A stretch of DNA of 64,000 nt, from contig CAUJDL010000064.1 of the NCBI GenBank assembly GCA_963169635.1, positions 1,881 to 65,880 of the forward strand. Reading direction: 5' to 3'. Position numbers and translations under genes: made by a program. The DNA is from Bacteroidota bacterium (lineage in GTDB: Bacteria; Bacteroidota; Bacteroidia; Chitinophagales; Chitinophagaceae). Positions 37,908 to 47,534 of this stretch are shown here, piece by piece. Every line of letters begins with the position of its first letter. Position 1 is the first letter of the stretch. The notes under the pieces are model-generated. The model was not told the origin of the DNA, did no database searches, and saw only the letters and a program-made list of their open reading frames with translations.

Positions 37908-38981
37908 TTATAATTTTTCGTATAAAGCTCTTAGCTTTTCTCTTGTCATTATTTTTTCCCAATCTTTACCTAAAGCATTTTCCCATAAAGGTTTCATGCC
38001 AAGGCTTACGTTTATCATTGTATCAAATTGTTCGTCAGTTAAATTTTTACAAAGTCCTGTAGGTATTTCGTAACCTCCCTTTTCTACCATTTTTCTAAAC
38101 TCTTTATGACCTTCTGGATAATACTCTTCTAAATGATTCATTACAATACAATTACCAATACCATGTTTAGTGCCTAATAAATAACTTAATCCATAACTTA
38201 CTGCATGTGCAACACCTACTTGACTGTAAGCAATGCTCATACCACCAGCATAACTTGCCATCATTAATTTATCATCACATTCATCATCCCAAGAATTTTT
38301 TTCTAAGAAAATATATCTGCAAAGCTCTAAAGCTTTTTCGCCATAGCTTTTACTAAATTCATTTAAGTAAGTACCTTCTAAACTTTCTATGCAATGGATA
38401 TAACAATCCATACCTGTATAAAAACGCTGATTTGCAGGTGCATCTTTTGTTAATGAAGGGTCTAATACTATTTGATTAAAAGGTGTGTAATCACTGTTCA
38501 TTCCTAATTTTCTTGTAGGACCTGTAAGTACAGTTGTTCTACTAACTTCTGCACCTGTACCACTTAATGTAGGAATACCAACTTTATAAATAGCAGGATT
38601 TTTAACCAAATCCCAACCTTGATAATCTGCACTACTTCCAGGATTGTTCATCATTAATGCTACAGCTTTTGCTAAATCCATTGTGCTACCTCCACCAATA
38701 CCTACAATACCACTTACAGTACCAAACTCATCTTTTAATTGCTGTGCTAATTTATCTACTTGTGTAGTTTTTGGTTCATAAGTTACATCTGCAAAAATGA
38801 TAGTATCATTATTTCTTAAAGGTACTTTGTTTACTAAATCTTTCCCTTGAAAAAAATGGTCTATTAAAAAAACAAAAGGAGCATTATTTTTACGATGAGG
38901 TGCAATAATTTCATCTAATTGATTAAAACAACCTCTGCCATACACAACATAATCTACCATTTTAAAATTTCTGAATTGCAT
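37908..38981 (-). CDS. Iron-containing (class III) alcohol dehydrogenase family protein, KdnB-like candidate
   Basis: Motif GIGGGSTMDLAKAV, with His-rich metal-site segments (DCYIHCIESL, GVAHAVSYGLSYLLGTKHG). 18 nt downstream of the aminotransferase gene. Confidence 0.75.
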   Translation of the reverse strand: MQFRNFKMVDYVVYGRGCFNQLDEIIAPHRKNNAPFVFLIDHFFQGKDLVNKVPLRNNDTIIFADVTYEPKTTQVDKLAQQLKDEFGTVSGIVGIGGGSTMDLAKAVALMMNNPGSSADYQGWDLVKNPAIYKVGIPTLSGTGAEVSRTTVLTGPTRKLGMNSDYTPFNQIVLDPSLTKDAPANQRFYTGMDCYIHCIESLEGTYLNEFSKSYGEKALELCRYIFLEKNSWDDECDDKLMMASYAGGMSIAYSQVGVAHAVSYGLSYLLGTKHGIGNCIVMNHLEEYYPEGHKEFRKMVEKGGYEIPTGLCKNLTDEQFDTMINVSLGMKPLWENALGKDWEKIMTREKLRALYEKL

Positions 38982-38999
38982 ATTTTATTTTTTATTTTT

Positions 39000-40196
39000 T
39001 TATAATGATTTTTTGATAGCTGCTACCATTTTATTTCCTTTTTCATCTATTTGCTCATCTGTCCAAAGTAAACTGATAGATGTAGAAATACAACGACTCA
39101 TAATAGCATCGCTTGCTGAAAAATTTTGTGTTTGTAATTTTTGTAAAGCATTTTTTTGTTCGGCATGTAAGTTATATAAACTTTTTACTTCTTTTAAATG
39201 TTGCCATTGTTTAATATAATGCCAATTATTAGCATACCAATAAAAATTACCTTCTAAAATTCCTTGTGCTTTCATTTCTTCTACAAAAGCTTTTGTATTA
39301 TTTTCTGTTGGTAAAAACCAACTTAAAAAAGTACAGCTATCGCCTGAAGGGTCTGGAATTTCTCTAAAACTAACAGCTGGTACTTGAGCTAAAATATTTT
39401 TTAATCTTGCATGATTTTTTCGCTGAATTGCTAAAAAAGTATCAAGCTTTTCAATTTGTGCTAAACCAACAGCAGCATGTAATTCGCTAATTCTAAAATT
39501 ATAGCCTAAGAAAGGATGAAGGTCTGCACCTCTATCAATGCCTTTATGGTCGTGGCCATGATCTGTAAAACCATCACAAAAAGTATAAACATTTTCATCG
39601 TTGGTTAAAACAGCACCACCTTCGGCACAAGTAATTGTTTTTACAAAATCGAAACTAAAAGTACCTGCATTGCCTATGGTGCCTAAATGTTTTCCTTTAT
39701 AAGTAGCACCAATACTTTGACAAGCATCTTCTAACAATAATAAATTATGCTCTTTACAAATAGTTTGCAGTGCATCTAAATTAGCCATACTACCACACAT
39801 GTGTACAGGCATTATACATTTTGTTTTAGGAGTAATAGCATTTTTAACAGCAGTTGGGTTTAGTGTTAAAGTTTCATCTACATCTACTAAAACAGGTATT
39901 GCACCAGTGCTTAATACTGCTTCAAAACTTGCAACAAATGTAAAAGAAGGCATAATTACTTCGTCTCCTGCACCAATACCTAATGCTGCCATAGCAGTTG
40001 TTAATGCTGCTGTACCACTACTTGTTAGTTGTACATATTTACAACCAAAAGTTTTAGTAATAGCATTTTCTAATTCTTTACTTTTCCAAATACCTTTACG
40101 TGCACCATCAAAACCATAACGCATTAAAATACCTGTTTCTAGCACATCATTTACATGTTTTTTTTCTGCTTCGCCCCAAAATTCATATCCTGGCAT
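39000..40196 (-). CDS. DegT/DnrJ/EryC1/StrS-family PLP-dependent aminotransferase, KdnA-like candidate
   Basis: Motifs TSSGTAALTTAMAALG, LEDACQSIG and the PLP-lysine context FSFDFVKTITCAEGGAV. Confidence 0.8.
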   Translation of the reverse strand: MPGYEFWGEAEKKHVNDVLETGILMRYGFDGARKGIWKSKELENAITKTFGCKYVQLTSSGTAALTTAMAALGIGAGDEVIMPSFTFVASFEAVLSTGAIPVLVDVDETLTLNPTAVKNAITPKTKCIMPVHMCGSMANLDALQTICKEHNLLLLEDACQSIGATYKGKHLGTIGNAGTFSFDFVKTITCAEGGAVLTNDENVYTFCDGFTDHGHDHKGIDRGADLHPFLGYNFRISELHAAVGLAQIEKLDTFLAIQRKNHARLKNILAQVPAVSFREIPDPSGDSCTFLSWFLPTENNTKAFVEEMKAQGILEGNFYWYANNWHYIKQWQHLKEVKSLYNLHAEQKNALQKLQTQNFSASDAIMSRCISTSISLLWTDEQIDEKGNKMVAAIKKSL

Positions 40197-40308
40197 AACT
40201 ATTTATTTTTAATGATGAAATAAAATTAAGGACACAAAAATATAGAAAGCTAATAGCTTTTAATACATAAACATTTTCTTTTTACTATACTATAACTTTA
40301 TACTCTAT

Positions 40309-40316
40309 TATCTTCG
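40309..40316 (+). promoter_or_regulatory. -7-like box TATCTTCG, 4 nt upstream of the ATG of the DsbA-like gene
   Basis: Part of the recurring 12-mer TTATCTTCGCTA. The spacing implies a leaderless transcript. Confidence 0.3.
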
Positions 40317-40320
40317 CTAT

Positions 40321-40977
40321 ATGAATTTAATTTATTGTTATGATGCATATTGTGGCTGGTGTTATGGTTTTAGCCCAATAATAAAAAGAATTAGTGAAGA
40401 ATATCAATCTATCTTTCATACAGAAGTTTTAAGTGGTGGAATGATTTTGCCTGAACAACCAACACATATTGGTACGATGGCTGCTTATATTTTAGAAGCT
40501 TATAAAACTGTAGAAGATTATACGAATATAAAATTTGGAAAAGATTATTTATGGCATATTGAAAATCCAGATTTAAGCGATTGGTTTCCGAACAGTGAAA
40601 AACCTGCTATTGCTTTATGTATTTTTAAAGAACTTTTTCCTGATAAGCAAACAGCTTTTGCCAGCGACTTACAATATGCTTTACATTTTGAAGGAAGAGA
40701 TTTAACAGACAATGCTGCTTATGATTTAATTTTAGAAAAATATGGTATTGATAAGCAAAGTTTTTATAAAAAGTTGCAATCAGTAATTTATAAAGATAAA
40801 GCCAAGCATGAGTTTGCTATGTGCAAACAATTAAAAGTTACTGGTTACCCTTGTGTATTGTTACAAGTAGATGAAAGTAAATTTTATTTATTATCCAGAG
40901 GCTTTTCTACTTACGATGATTTAAAAGCAAGAATAGTAAATGTTTTAAAAGAAATTGGCAACCAAAAATTAAACTAA
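40321..40977 (+). CDS. DsbA-family thioredoxin-fold protein
   Basis: N-terminal CxxC in YDAYCGWCYGFSP; 218 aa. Confidence 0.7.
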   Translation: MNLIYCYDAYCGWCYGFSPIIKRISEEYQSIFHTEVLSGGMILPEQPTHIGTMAAYILEAYKTVEDYTNIKFGKDYLWHIENPDLSDWFPNSEKPAIALCIFKELFPDKQTAFASDLQYALHFEGRDLTDNAAYDLILEKYGIDKQSFYKKLQSVIYKDKAKHEFAMCKQLKVTGYPCVLLQVDESKFYLLSRGFSTYDDLKARIVNVLKEIGNQKLN

Positions 40978-40978
40978 C

Positions 40979-41458
40979 ATGAGTGATATAAATATTCAAA
41001 CCATCGAAAAATTTTATACTGCATTTCAGCAAAAAGATTTTGCTACTATGAATAGCTGTTATACAGATGAAATTCCTTTTAACGACCCTGTATTTGGACT
41101 ATTATATGGTAATGAAACTAAGGCAATGTGGCAAATGCTTTGTACCAATGCAAAAGATTTTTCTTTACAATTTAGCCATATACAAACAGATGATAACGAA
41201 TATTATACTTGCCAATGGGTAGCTTCTTATATTTTTTCCAAAACGCAAAGAAGAGTTGTTAATCAATGTAAAGCATATATGAGGTTGAAAGATGGTGTAA
41301 TCATAGAACATAGCGATGCTTTTAACTACTATAAATGGTGTAGGCAAGCTTATGGATTATTAGGTTTAGTTTTTGGATGGTCGGGTTATATGCATAAGAA
41401 AATTTCTTTTGGAGCCAGAAAGCAATTACGTAAATACATGGAGAAACATGGTTTATAA
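40979..41458 (+). CDS. NTF2/SnoaL-like fold protein
   Basis: IEKFYTAFQQKDFATMNSCY is an N-terminus typical of SnoaL-like domains. Separated by 1 nt from the DsbA-like gene. Confidence 0.6.
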   Translation: MSDINIQTIEKFYTAFQQKDFATMNSCYTDEIPFNDPVFGLLYGNETKAMWQMLCTNAKDFSLQFSHIQTDDNEYYTCQWVASYIFSKTQRRVVNQCKAYMRLKDGVIIEHSDAFNYYKWCRQAYGLLGLVFGWSGYMHKKISFGARKQLRKYMEKHGL

Positions 41459-41506
41459 TTTCATTTTTTAAAATTTCCGCTTATATTGCACCCTCAATTT
41501 TGGTTT

Positions 41507-41776
41507 ATGAAAAGTACAACAAAACAATCAGTAACAGAAACACCTATTACTACACCTCTCTTTACAAAAGATAATTATTTATGGATGTTATTAGGTGCTG
41601 TAATAATAATTATTGGTATGTTACTATTGGGTGGTGGCAAAAATCAAGACCCAAATGTATTTGATGATAAAGTAGTTTATGCAGCAAAAAGAATTACAGT
41701 AGCACCAATACTTATTATCATTGGTTTTGTTATAGAAATATATGCCATCTTTAAAAAACCAAAAGCCACAGCATAA
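41507..41776 (+). CDS. DUF3098-like small membrane protein
   Basis: Two TM helices and the FTKDNYLWMLLGAVIIIIGMLLLGGG pattern. Start taken at the ATG at 41507. Confidence 0.55.
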   Translation: MKSTTKQSVTETPITTPLFTKDNYLWMLLGAVIIIIGMLLLGGGKNQDPNVFDDKVVYAAKRITVAPILIIIGFVIEIYAIFKKPKATA

Positions 41777-41805
41777 CTTTTTTTATTTGATGATTATATA
41801 ATTTA

Positions 41806-41830
41806 AGCGATGTAAATACATCGCTTTTTT
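41806..41830 (+). terminator. Rho-independent terminator
   Basis: AGCGATGTA / TACATCGCT stem followed by TTTTTT. Confidence 0.65.
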
Positions 41831-41849
41831 ATTTCATTTTTTCAATACT

Positions 41850-41857
41850 TATCTTCG
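41850..41857 (+). promoter_or_regulatory. -7-like box TATCTTCG, 7 nt upstream of the holB ATG
   Basis: Part of the recurring 12-mer TTATCTTCGCTA. Confidence 0.3.
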
Positions 41858-41864
41858 CTACGCT

Positions 41865-43061
41865 ATGTTGTTTAAAGATGTAATAGGAAATAATGCAGTA
41901 AAGCAACACCTTACTGAAATGGTACAGCAAAACCGCTTGTCTCATGCTTTATTATTTATAGGCAAAGAAGGTAGTGGAGCATTACCACTTGCATTAGCAT
42001 TTGCACAATTTGTAATTTGTCAGCCTACTGCAGCACCTGTGGTAGAAGATTTATTTGGTGGCATGAGTGCTATGGGTAGTACAGTAACTTTTATACCACC
42101 TAACGAAATAGAACAAACAGAAGGTTATACAAAAGCCAATCAATTAATGCATGCTGACTTACATTTTTCTTATCCTGTAATTGCTAAAAAAGATAAAAGC
42201 AAACCCATCAGTACAGATTATATTACAGAATGGAGAGAGTTTATACAACTATATCCTTATGGTAATATTTATGATTGGTTACAAAGTATTAATGTAGAAA
42301 ATAAACAAGGTAATATAAGTGCAGATGAATGTTTAGACATTATTAAAAAACTAAACTTAAAAAGTTTTGAAGCTACTTATAAAGTATTATTAATGTGGAT
42401 GCCTGAATATTTAGGTAAAGAAGGTAATAAACTTTTAAAATTAATAGAAGAGCCGCCAGCAAATACATTATTTATTTTTGTTGCAGAAAGTGAAGAGCAA
42501 ATATTACCTACCATTTTAAGCAGATGCCAATTAATAAAAGTAGCTGCACCTACTAACGAAGAAATAGAAGAATCTTTAATTACAAGAGCTAATACTGCAC
42601 CAGAAATTGCTAAACAGTTAGCTGTAATTACAGAAGGTAATTATAGAGAAGCTTTAAATTTATTACAACATGCAGATGAAGATTGGCAAGCCTTATTAAG
42701 AGATTGGCTTAAATATATTGTAAGAAGCATGTTAGCAGAGCAAAATAAATGGATAGAAGAAGTAAGCAAATTAGGCAGAGAAAAACAAAAACAATTACTA
42801 AGATATTTTAATCATATAATAGAACAAGCGATAAGAATTAAAATTATTGGTGCAGATAATATTGCATTATCGCCTACAGAAAAAGATTTTGCTATACGCA
42901 TGAATAAAATTGCTACCATCAGCCAAATGAAAGCTATTATTGAAGAAACAGATAAAACTGCATACTATATTGAAAGAAATGCAAATGGTAAAATGCTTTT
43001 TCATGCACTAACTATTAAGCTCTATCATATTATTCAAAATAAAATGGTAGTAGAAGTTTAA
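41865..43061 (+). CDS. holB: DNA polymerase III subunit delta'
   Basis: Motifs LSHALLFIGKEGSGALPLALAFAQFV, NKLLKLIEEPPANTLFIFV and LPTILSRCQ. Confidence 0.75.
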   Translation: MLFKDVIGNNAVKQHLTEMVQQNRLSHALLFIGKEGSGALPLALAFAQFVICQPTAAPVVEDLFGGMSAMGSTVTFIPPNEIEQTEGYTKANQLMHADLHFSYPVIAKKDKSKPISTDYITEWREFIQLYPYGNIYDWLQSINVENKQGNISADECLDIIKKLNLKSFEATYKVLLMWMPEYLGKEGNKLLKLIEEPPANTLFIFVAESEEQILPTILSRCQLIKVAAPTNEEIEESLITRANTAPEIAKQLAVITEGNYREALNLLQHADEDWQALLRDWLKYIVRSMLAEQNKWIEEVSKLGREKQKQLLRYFNHIIEQAIRIKIIGADNIALSPTEKDFAIRMNKIATISQMKAIIEETDKTAYYIERNANGKMLFHALTIKLYHIIQNKMVVEV

Positions 43062-43159
43062 TTGATTTTTAGAAATATATTTTTAATCATTATATGCTAT
43101 TAATAAAGCAATCTTATTTTGCTTTTATTTTTTTACCTTTACAATCTAAAAATATTTTT

Positions 43160-44947
43160 ATGCTAAATAAAAAACTACTCATCACCTTTTCATTAATATT
43201 TATTTTTTCTTTAAATGCATTGGCAGTAAAATGGCAATCTGTTGGTACTGGAGAAAAATATACATTAAGCGATTTAGTTGCAAACTCTGGAGGTACAGTA
43301 ACTTTTAATGGCTCTAATTATTTAATTAATGATACGATAGAAATTAAAAAAACAGATACTTTATCTATAGAAATTAATACCCAAATTTTATTTGCACCTA
43401 ATACTTATTTATGGATAAATGGAGGTGTTATTTATGTAAATCCATCTACCAGTGTAAAGTTTACAGCACAAGATACTTTAGTGGGTTTTTTAGGAATTAG
43501 ATTAGATAGTAGTAATCATTCTTATTTAAAAAATGTTGTGTTTGAATTTGCCGTTTCATTTAAATTATCTGATAGTAGCCCAACATTTGAAAATTGTGTT
43601 TTTCAAAAAAATAATATAGGTACTAGTACAAGTTTTGGTAATGGTGCTATATCATTATTCAGAGCAAATCCATTAATTAAAAATTGTAGTTTTCTTAATA
43701 ATAGAAGGGCAGCTATACAAGGTGGTGCTAATATAAGTAATGCTCCTAAAATATATAACTCATTATTTGAGGGTAATAATACTATGAACCAAAATGTGCC
43801 TCAAATAAATTTAGGTGCTACCAGTACAGGTGGTACAGATACTGTAAAAATTATTGATTGTAATATTATAAATGCAGGTGGCATACAATGTGGTGGAATT
43901 GGATTTTTAGCTATTGGCGAAGTATATGCAGTAATTACAGGTAATACAATTACAAATAACAGATATGGCATTACTTTAAATGGTGGTAATAATATTCATT
44001 CACTTATTAATTACAACAATATCTCTAACAATAATATTCAGAACAATCCTGCACTTGGTGGTAGTGGTATTGCTTTTTCTGGAGGTAGTGCTTCTAGTGT
44101 TGGGCAGTTTTCTATTGTTGCAAGAAATATTATTAGCAATAATTTATGGGGTATTACTATTCAAAATAGATCTAAACCAAATATTGGTAATTTAAATAAT
44201 GTAGATACTTTAGATAATGGTAATAATCATTTCATCAACAATACTAATACATCTACACCTGGTATTGATTTATATAATAATACTGTAGATAGTATTGATG
44301 CACAAAATAATTATTGGAATACTGATGAAGCAAATATAATAGAGTCTAAAGTTTTTCATTATGTAGATAATGCTTCATTGGGTTTTGTAAATTTTGTACC
44401 TTTTCTTACATCTGCTAACTTACCTGTAATATTAAAAAATTTTGATGCAGTTTTAAAAAGAAATGATGTATTACTAACATGGCAAACATCTTCAGAAATT
44501 AATACATCGCATTTTAATATTCAGAAAAGCTATAATGGTACTGAGTTTACAACTATTGGTACTTTATTAGCGAAAGGCAATAGCAATCAATTAGTAAATT
44601 ATTACTATACTGATAAAATTAATACTGCAAATAACAAACATTTTTACAGACTTGAAATGGTAGATAAAGATGGCACAAAAACATATAGTAAAACAAGGTT
44701 AATTAATAATAGCTTAAAAGCATCTATTCAATTATATCCTAACCCTGCTACAGATTATGTAATTGTAGTAAGTACCAATGCTAAAAAAATTCAAGTGTTA
44801 GATATAAGTGGTAAAGCAGTAATAAACATAGATGTTACCAATAATCATAATATCGTAAACTTAAAATCTTTAACAGCAGGAAATTATATTTTAGCAGTAA
44901 CTAATAACGATGGTGAAGTAGTTACAGAAAAACTGATTAAAAAATAA
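43160..44947 (+). CDS. Secreted right-handed parallel beta-helix repeat protein with a T9SS C-terminal sorting domain
   Basis: Signal peptide from the ATG at 43160, many N-rich PbH1-type repeats, and a C-terminal LYPNPATDYVIV...LIKK sorting-domain pattern. Confidence 0.7.
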   Translation: MLNKKLLITFSLIFIFSLNALAVKWQSVGTGEKYTLSDLVANSGGTVTFNGSNYLINDTIEIKKTDTLSIEINTQILFAPNTYLWINGGVIYVNPSTSVKFTAQDTLVGFLGIRLDSSNHSYLKNVVFEFAVSFKLSDSSPTFENCVFQKNNIGTSTSFGNGAISLFRANPLIKNCSFLNNRRAAIQGGANISNAPKIYNSLFEGNNTMNQNVPQINLGATSTGGTDTVKIIDCNIINAGGIQCGGIGFLAIGEVYAVITGNTITNNRYGITLNGGNNIHSLINYNNISNNNIQNNPALGGSGIAFSGGSASSVGQFSIVARNIISNNLWGITIQNRSKPNIGNLNNVDTLDNGNNHFINNTNTSTPGIDLYNNTVDSIDAQNNYWNTDEANIIESKVFHYVDNASLGFVNFVPFLTSANLPVILKNFDAVLKRNDVLLTWQTSSEINTSHFNIQKSYNGTEFTTIGTLLAKGNSNQLVNYYYTDKINTANNKHFYRLEMVDKDGTKTYSKTRLINNSLKASIQLYPNPATDYVIVVSTNAKKIQVLDISGKAVINIDVTNNHNIVNLKSLTAGNYILAVTNNDGEVVTEKLIKK

Positions 44948-44954
44948 GCTTCAC

Positions 44955-44985
44955 AAAAAAGCCACTTTAAAAAGTGGCTTTTTTA
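44955..44985. terminator. Bidirectional rho-independent terminator between convergent genes
   Basis: aaaaaaGCCACTTtaaaAAGTGGCtttttt. Confidence 0.7.
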
Positions 44986-44993
44986 TTTATATT

Positions 44994-45896
44994 TTATGGT
45001 TGTATTAATTCAAAACAATCTTTAATAATATTGGCTTCAAACTCATCAAAAGTTTCTTTAGGTTCTCCATCAATATGAAAAGGAGCATGCTTTAAATTTT
45101 TAATTTTTATAGTAGGCGTTTGAAAGTATAAAATATTTTTTTTAGTTACATCATCTACCAATTGTTGTAGTTTATTATTACCTCTAATTTGTTTTAAAAT
45201 AGCAAAAGGCAATTTGGCTTTATTCATTTTTTGTACAATTACAATATCTAATAAACCATCATTAAGGCTTGCCTCTGGTGCAATAGTTAAATTATTTCCA
45301 AACTGATTACTATTAGCGATGCTAATAAAAAATGCATCGGTAAAAAATGAAAAATTTTCTATCGTAACTTCAAACTGATAAGGTTGTGCTTTAAAAAAAT
45401 GTAATAAGCTTTGTGTAGTATAAGTTAGTAATCCTCTGCTGGCTTTTGTACTAAATTCATAAGCCACTTTTGCATCAAAACCTACACCACTTAACATACA
45501 AGAAAACTGATTGTTAATAAAAAATGCATCTATTTTTTTAGAGCTGCCTTTAAAAATTAATTGTAAAGCATCTTTTGGTTTCATTGGTATTTGTGCAGCA
45601 CCAGCTAAACCATTGCCACTGCCAACAGGTATAATACCAAATTTTACAGGCATAGTTTTTAAACTATTAACTATTTGATTAATTGTACCATCGCCACCAA
45701 CCATTATTACATCAGTAATATTTTCTGTGGTAATTTTTTCTTTTAAAAAATTATAATTTGCAGCAGCATTAGTTTGCAAAATTTCAAAAGGTATATTTTG
45801 CTCTGTTGTTTCTTTTTCTATTAACTTTTTAAGAGCCTCTTTTTTTCCATTACCAGAAATTGGGTTAATAAGATATATCAATTTCCTGTTCATCAT
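44994..45896 (-). CDS. Diacylglycerol-kinase-family lipid kinase (YegS/BmrU-like)
   Basis: Motifs VIMVGGDGTINQIV and IIPVGSGNGLA. Confidence 0.75.
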   Translation of the reverse strand: MMNRKLIYLINPISGNGKKEALKKLIEKETTEQNIPFEILQTNAAANYNFLKEKITTENITDVIMVGGDGTINQIVNSLKTMPVKFGIIPVGSGNGLAGAAQIPMKPKDALQLIFKGSSKKIDAFFINNQFSCMLSGVGFDAKVAYEFSTKASRGLLTYTTQSLLHFFKAQPYQFEVTIENFSFFTDAFFISIANSNQFGNNLTIAPEASLNDGLLDIVIVQKMNKAKLPFAILKQIRGNNKLQQLVDDVTKKNILYFQTPTIKIKNLKHAPFHIDGEPKETFDEFEANIIKDCFELIQP

Positions 45897-45930
45897 TTTA
45901 TAATTTCTTTATCAACTAAATTTTACAACA

Positions 45931-46362
45931 TTATAAAGCATATAAATTACACAGTAACACTTTGGTTTCATTTGCTCCATCTGCTGTTTTAGTAATTGTA
46001 TATAGTTGGTAAAAGGTTTCTATCTTCATTTGAGCAAATACATTCTTTAATAAAACATAAGTAGTACCTATTTGGCTTCTATTTAAAAAATTTAATTTTA
46101 GTGCAATTCCTTTTTCATCTACAATTTCAAATGTTCTTTGAATATTCATTTCTAATTTTGCATTAGCATTCATAATTACTAACTTATCTGTAGAGTTTTT
46201 ATTGTGTTTTAAGTATAAGGTTTCTACATTTTCTGTTGTTGTTAAAGAAGCTTTTACAGTATTGCCTTGTGCAGAAATTAGTATATGTACCAACGAATCT
46301 TGTTCTTTTGCAATTAATGTATTAGTAACAAAAAAAGCTATACAAATAAATAAAAATTTCAT
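45931..46362 (-). CDS. Secreted protein of unknown function
   Basis: Signal peptide MKFLFICIAFFVTNTLIA. No recognised motif. Co-directional with fabH and the lipid kinase gene. Confidence 0.45.
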   Translation of the reverse strand: MKFLFICIAFFVTNTLIAKEQDSLVHILISAQGNTVKASLTTTENVETLYLKHNKNSTDKLVIMNANAKLEMNIQRTFEIVDEKGIALKLNFLNRSQIGTTYVLLKNVFAQMKIETFYQLYTITKTADGANETKVLLCNLYAL

Positions 46363-46421
46363 AGCAATTATTTTATGAGTTAATGAAAATTTATTTGCTT
46401 ATTTGAATAAATGAATTTTAA

Positions 46422-47474
46422 TTAATCCCATTTTATTAATGCACTTGCCCAAGTAAAACCACTACCAAATGCTGCTAAACAAACTAAATCGCCTTGTTTA
46501 ATTTTTCCATTTTCCCATGCTTCACAAAGTGCAATTGGTACACTTGCAGCTGTGGTATTACCAAACTTGTGAATATTATTATAAACTTGATTATCGCTAA
46601 GTTTTAATTTTTGTTGTACAAACTGACTAATTCTTAAATTAGCTTGATGTGGTATTAATAATTGTAAATCTGCTGTACTATATCCATTATTGGTTAATGC
46701 TTCAATAATTACTTCAGGAAATTTTACAATAGCTTTTTTAAATACACTTGGTCCATCCATAAATGGATAAATCTCTGCATTATTAATCATATCATGGCTT
46801 AAAAACATATCGCCTAAATCTGCTTTATTAAATGTTGCATAATTTTTAGCAGCCCAATGATTAGCATGTGTACCAGGATTAAACATTGCTAAAATTTCTG
46901 CACTTTCTCCATCGCTATGTAAATGAGTACTTAAAATACCTGCTTGTTCATTAGTTGTAGGTTGTAATACAACAGCACCAGCACCATCACCAAAAATTAC
47001 ACTTACATTTCTGCCTCTTGTTGTATAGTCTAAACCAAAACTGTGTTTTTCGCTACCAATAATTAAAATATTTTTATACATACCTGTTTTAATAAATTGG
47101 TCTGCCACACTTAAAGCATATACAAAACCACTACACTGATTACGAATATCTAAAGCCCCAATTTCTTTCATTTGCAATGCTCTTTGAACCAATACACCAC
47201 AGCCAGGAAAATAATAATCTGGACTAAGTGTTGCAAAAATGATGAAGTCAATATCTTGAGGAGTAATACCTGCTCTTTCAATAGCAATTTTAGCAGCTTC
47301 TACACCCATTGTGGTGGTTGTTTCTTCTGTTCTATGAGCATATCTTCTTTCTTGAATACCTGTACGTTCTTGAATCCATTCATCACTGGTATCCATTAAT
47401 TTTTCTAAATCTTTATTTGTAATTACATTGGTAGGAACGTACATTCCTATACCTGCTATTTTACTTCTTAGCAT
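46422..47474 (-). CDS. fabH: 3-oxoacyl-ACP synthase III
   Basis: Catalytic triad contexts NQCSGFVYAL (Cys), IPHQANLRI (His) and FGNTTAASVP (Asn). Confidence 0.85.
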   Translation of the reverse strand: MLRSKIAGIGMYVPTNVITNKDLEKLMDTSDEWIQERTGIQERRYAHRTEETTTTMGVEAAKIAIERAGITPQDIDFIIFATLSPDYYFPGCGVLVQRALQMKEIGALDIRNQCSGFVYALSVADQFIKTGMYKNILIIGSEKHSFGLDYTTRGRNVSVIFGDGAGAVVLQPTTNEQAGILSTHLHSDGESAEILAMFNPGTHANHWAAKNYATFNKADLGDMFLSHDMINNAEIYPFMDGPSVFKKAIVKFPEVIIEALTNNGYSTADLQLLIPHQANLRISQFVQQKLKLSDNQVYNNIHKFGNTTAASVPIALCEAWENGKIKQGDLVCLAAFGSGFTWASALIKWD

Positions 47475-47534
47475 AACAATCGTTTTATTTTATCAAAGTA
47501 AATTAAAAATAGCAATAAAGTGCTAAATAATTAC

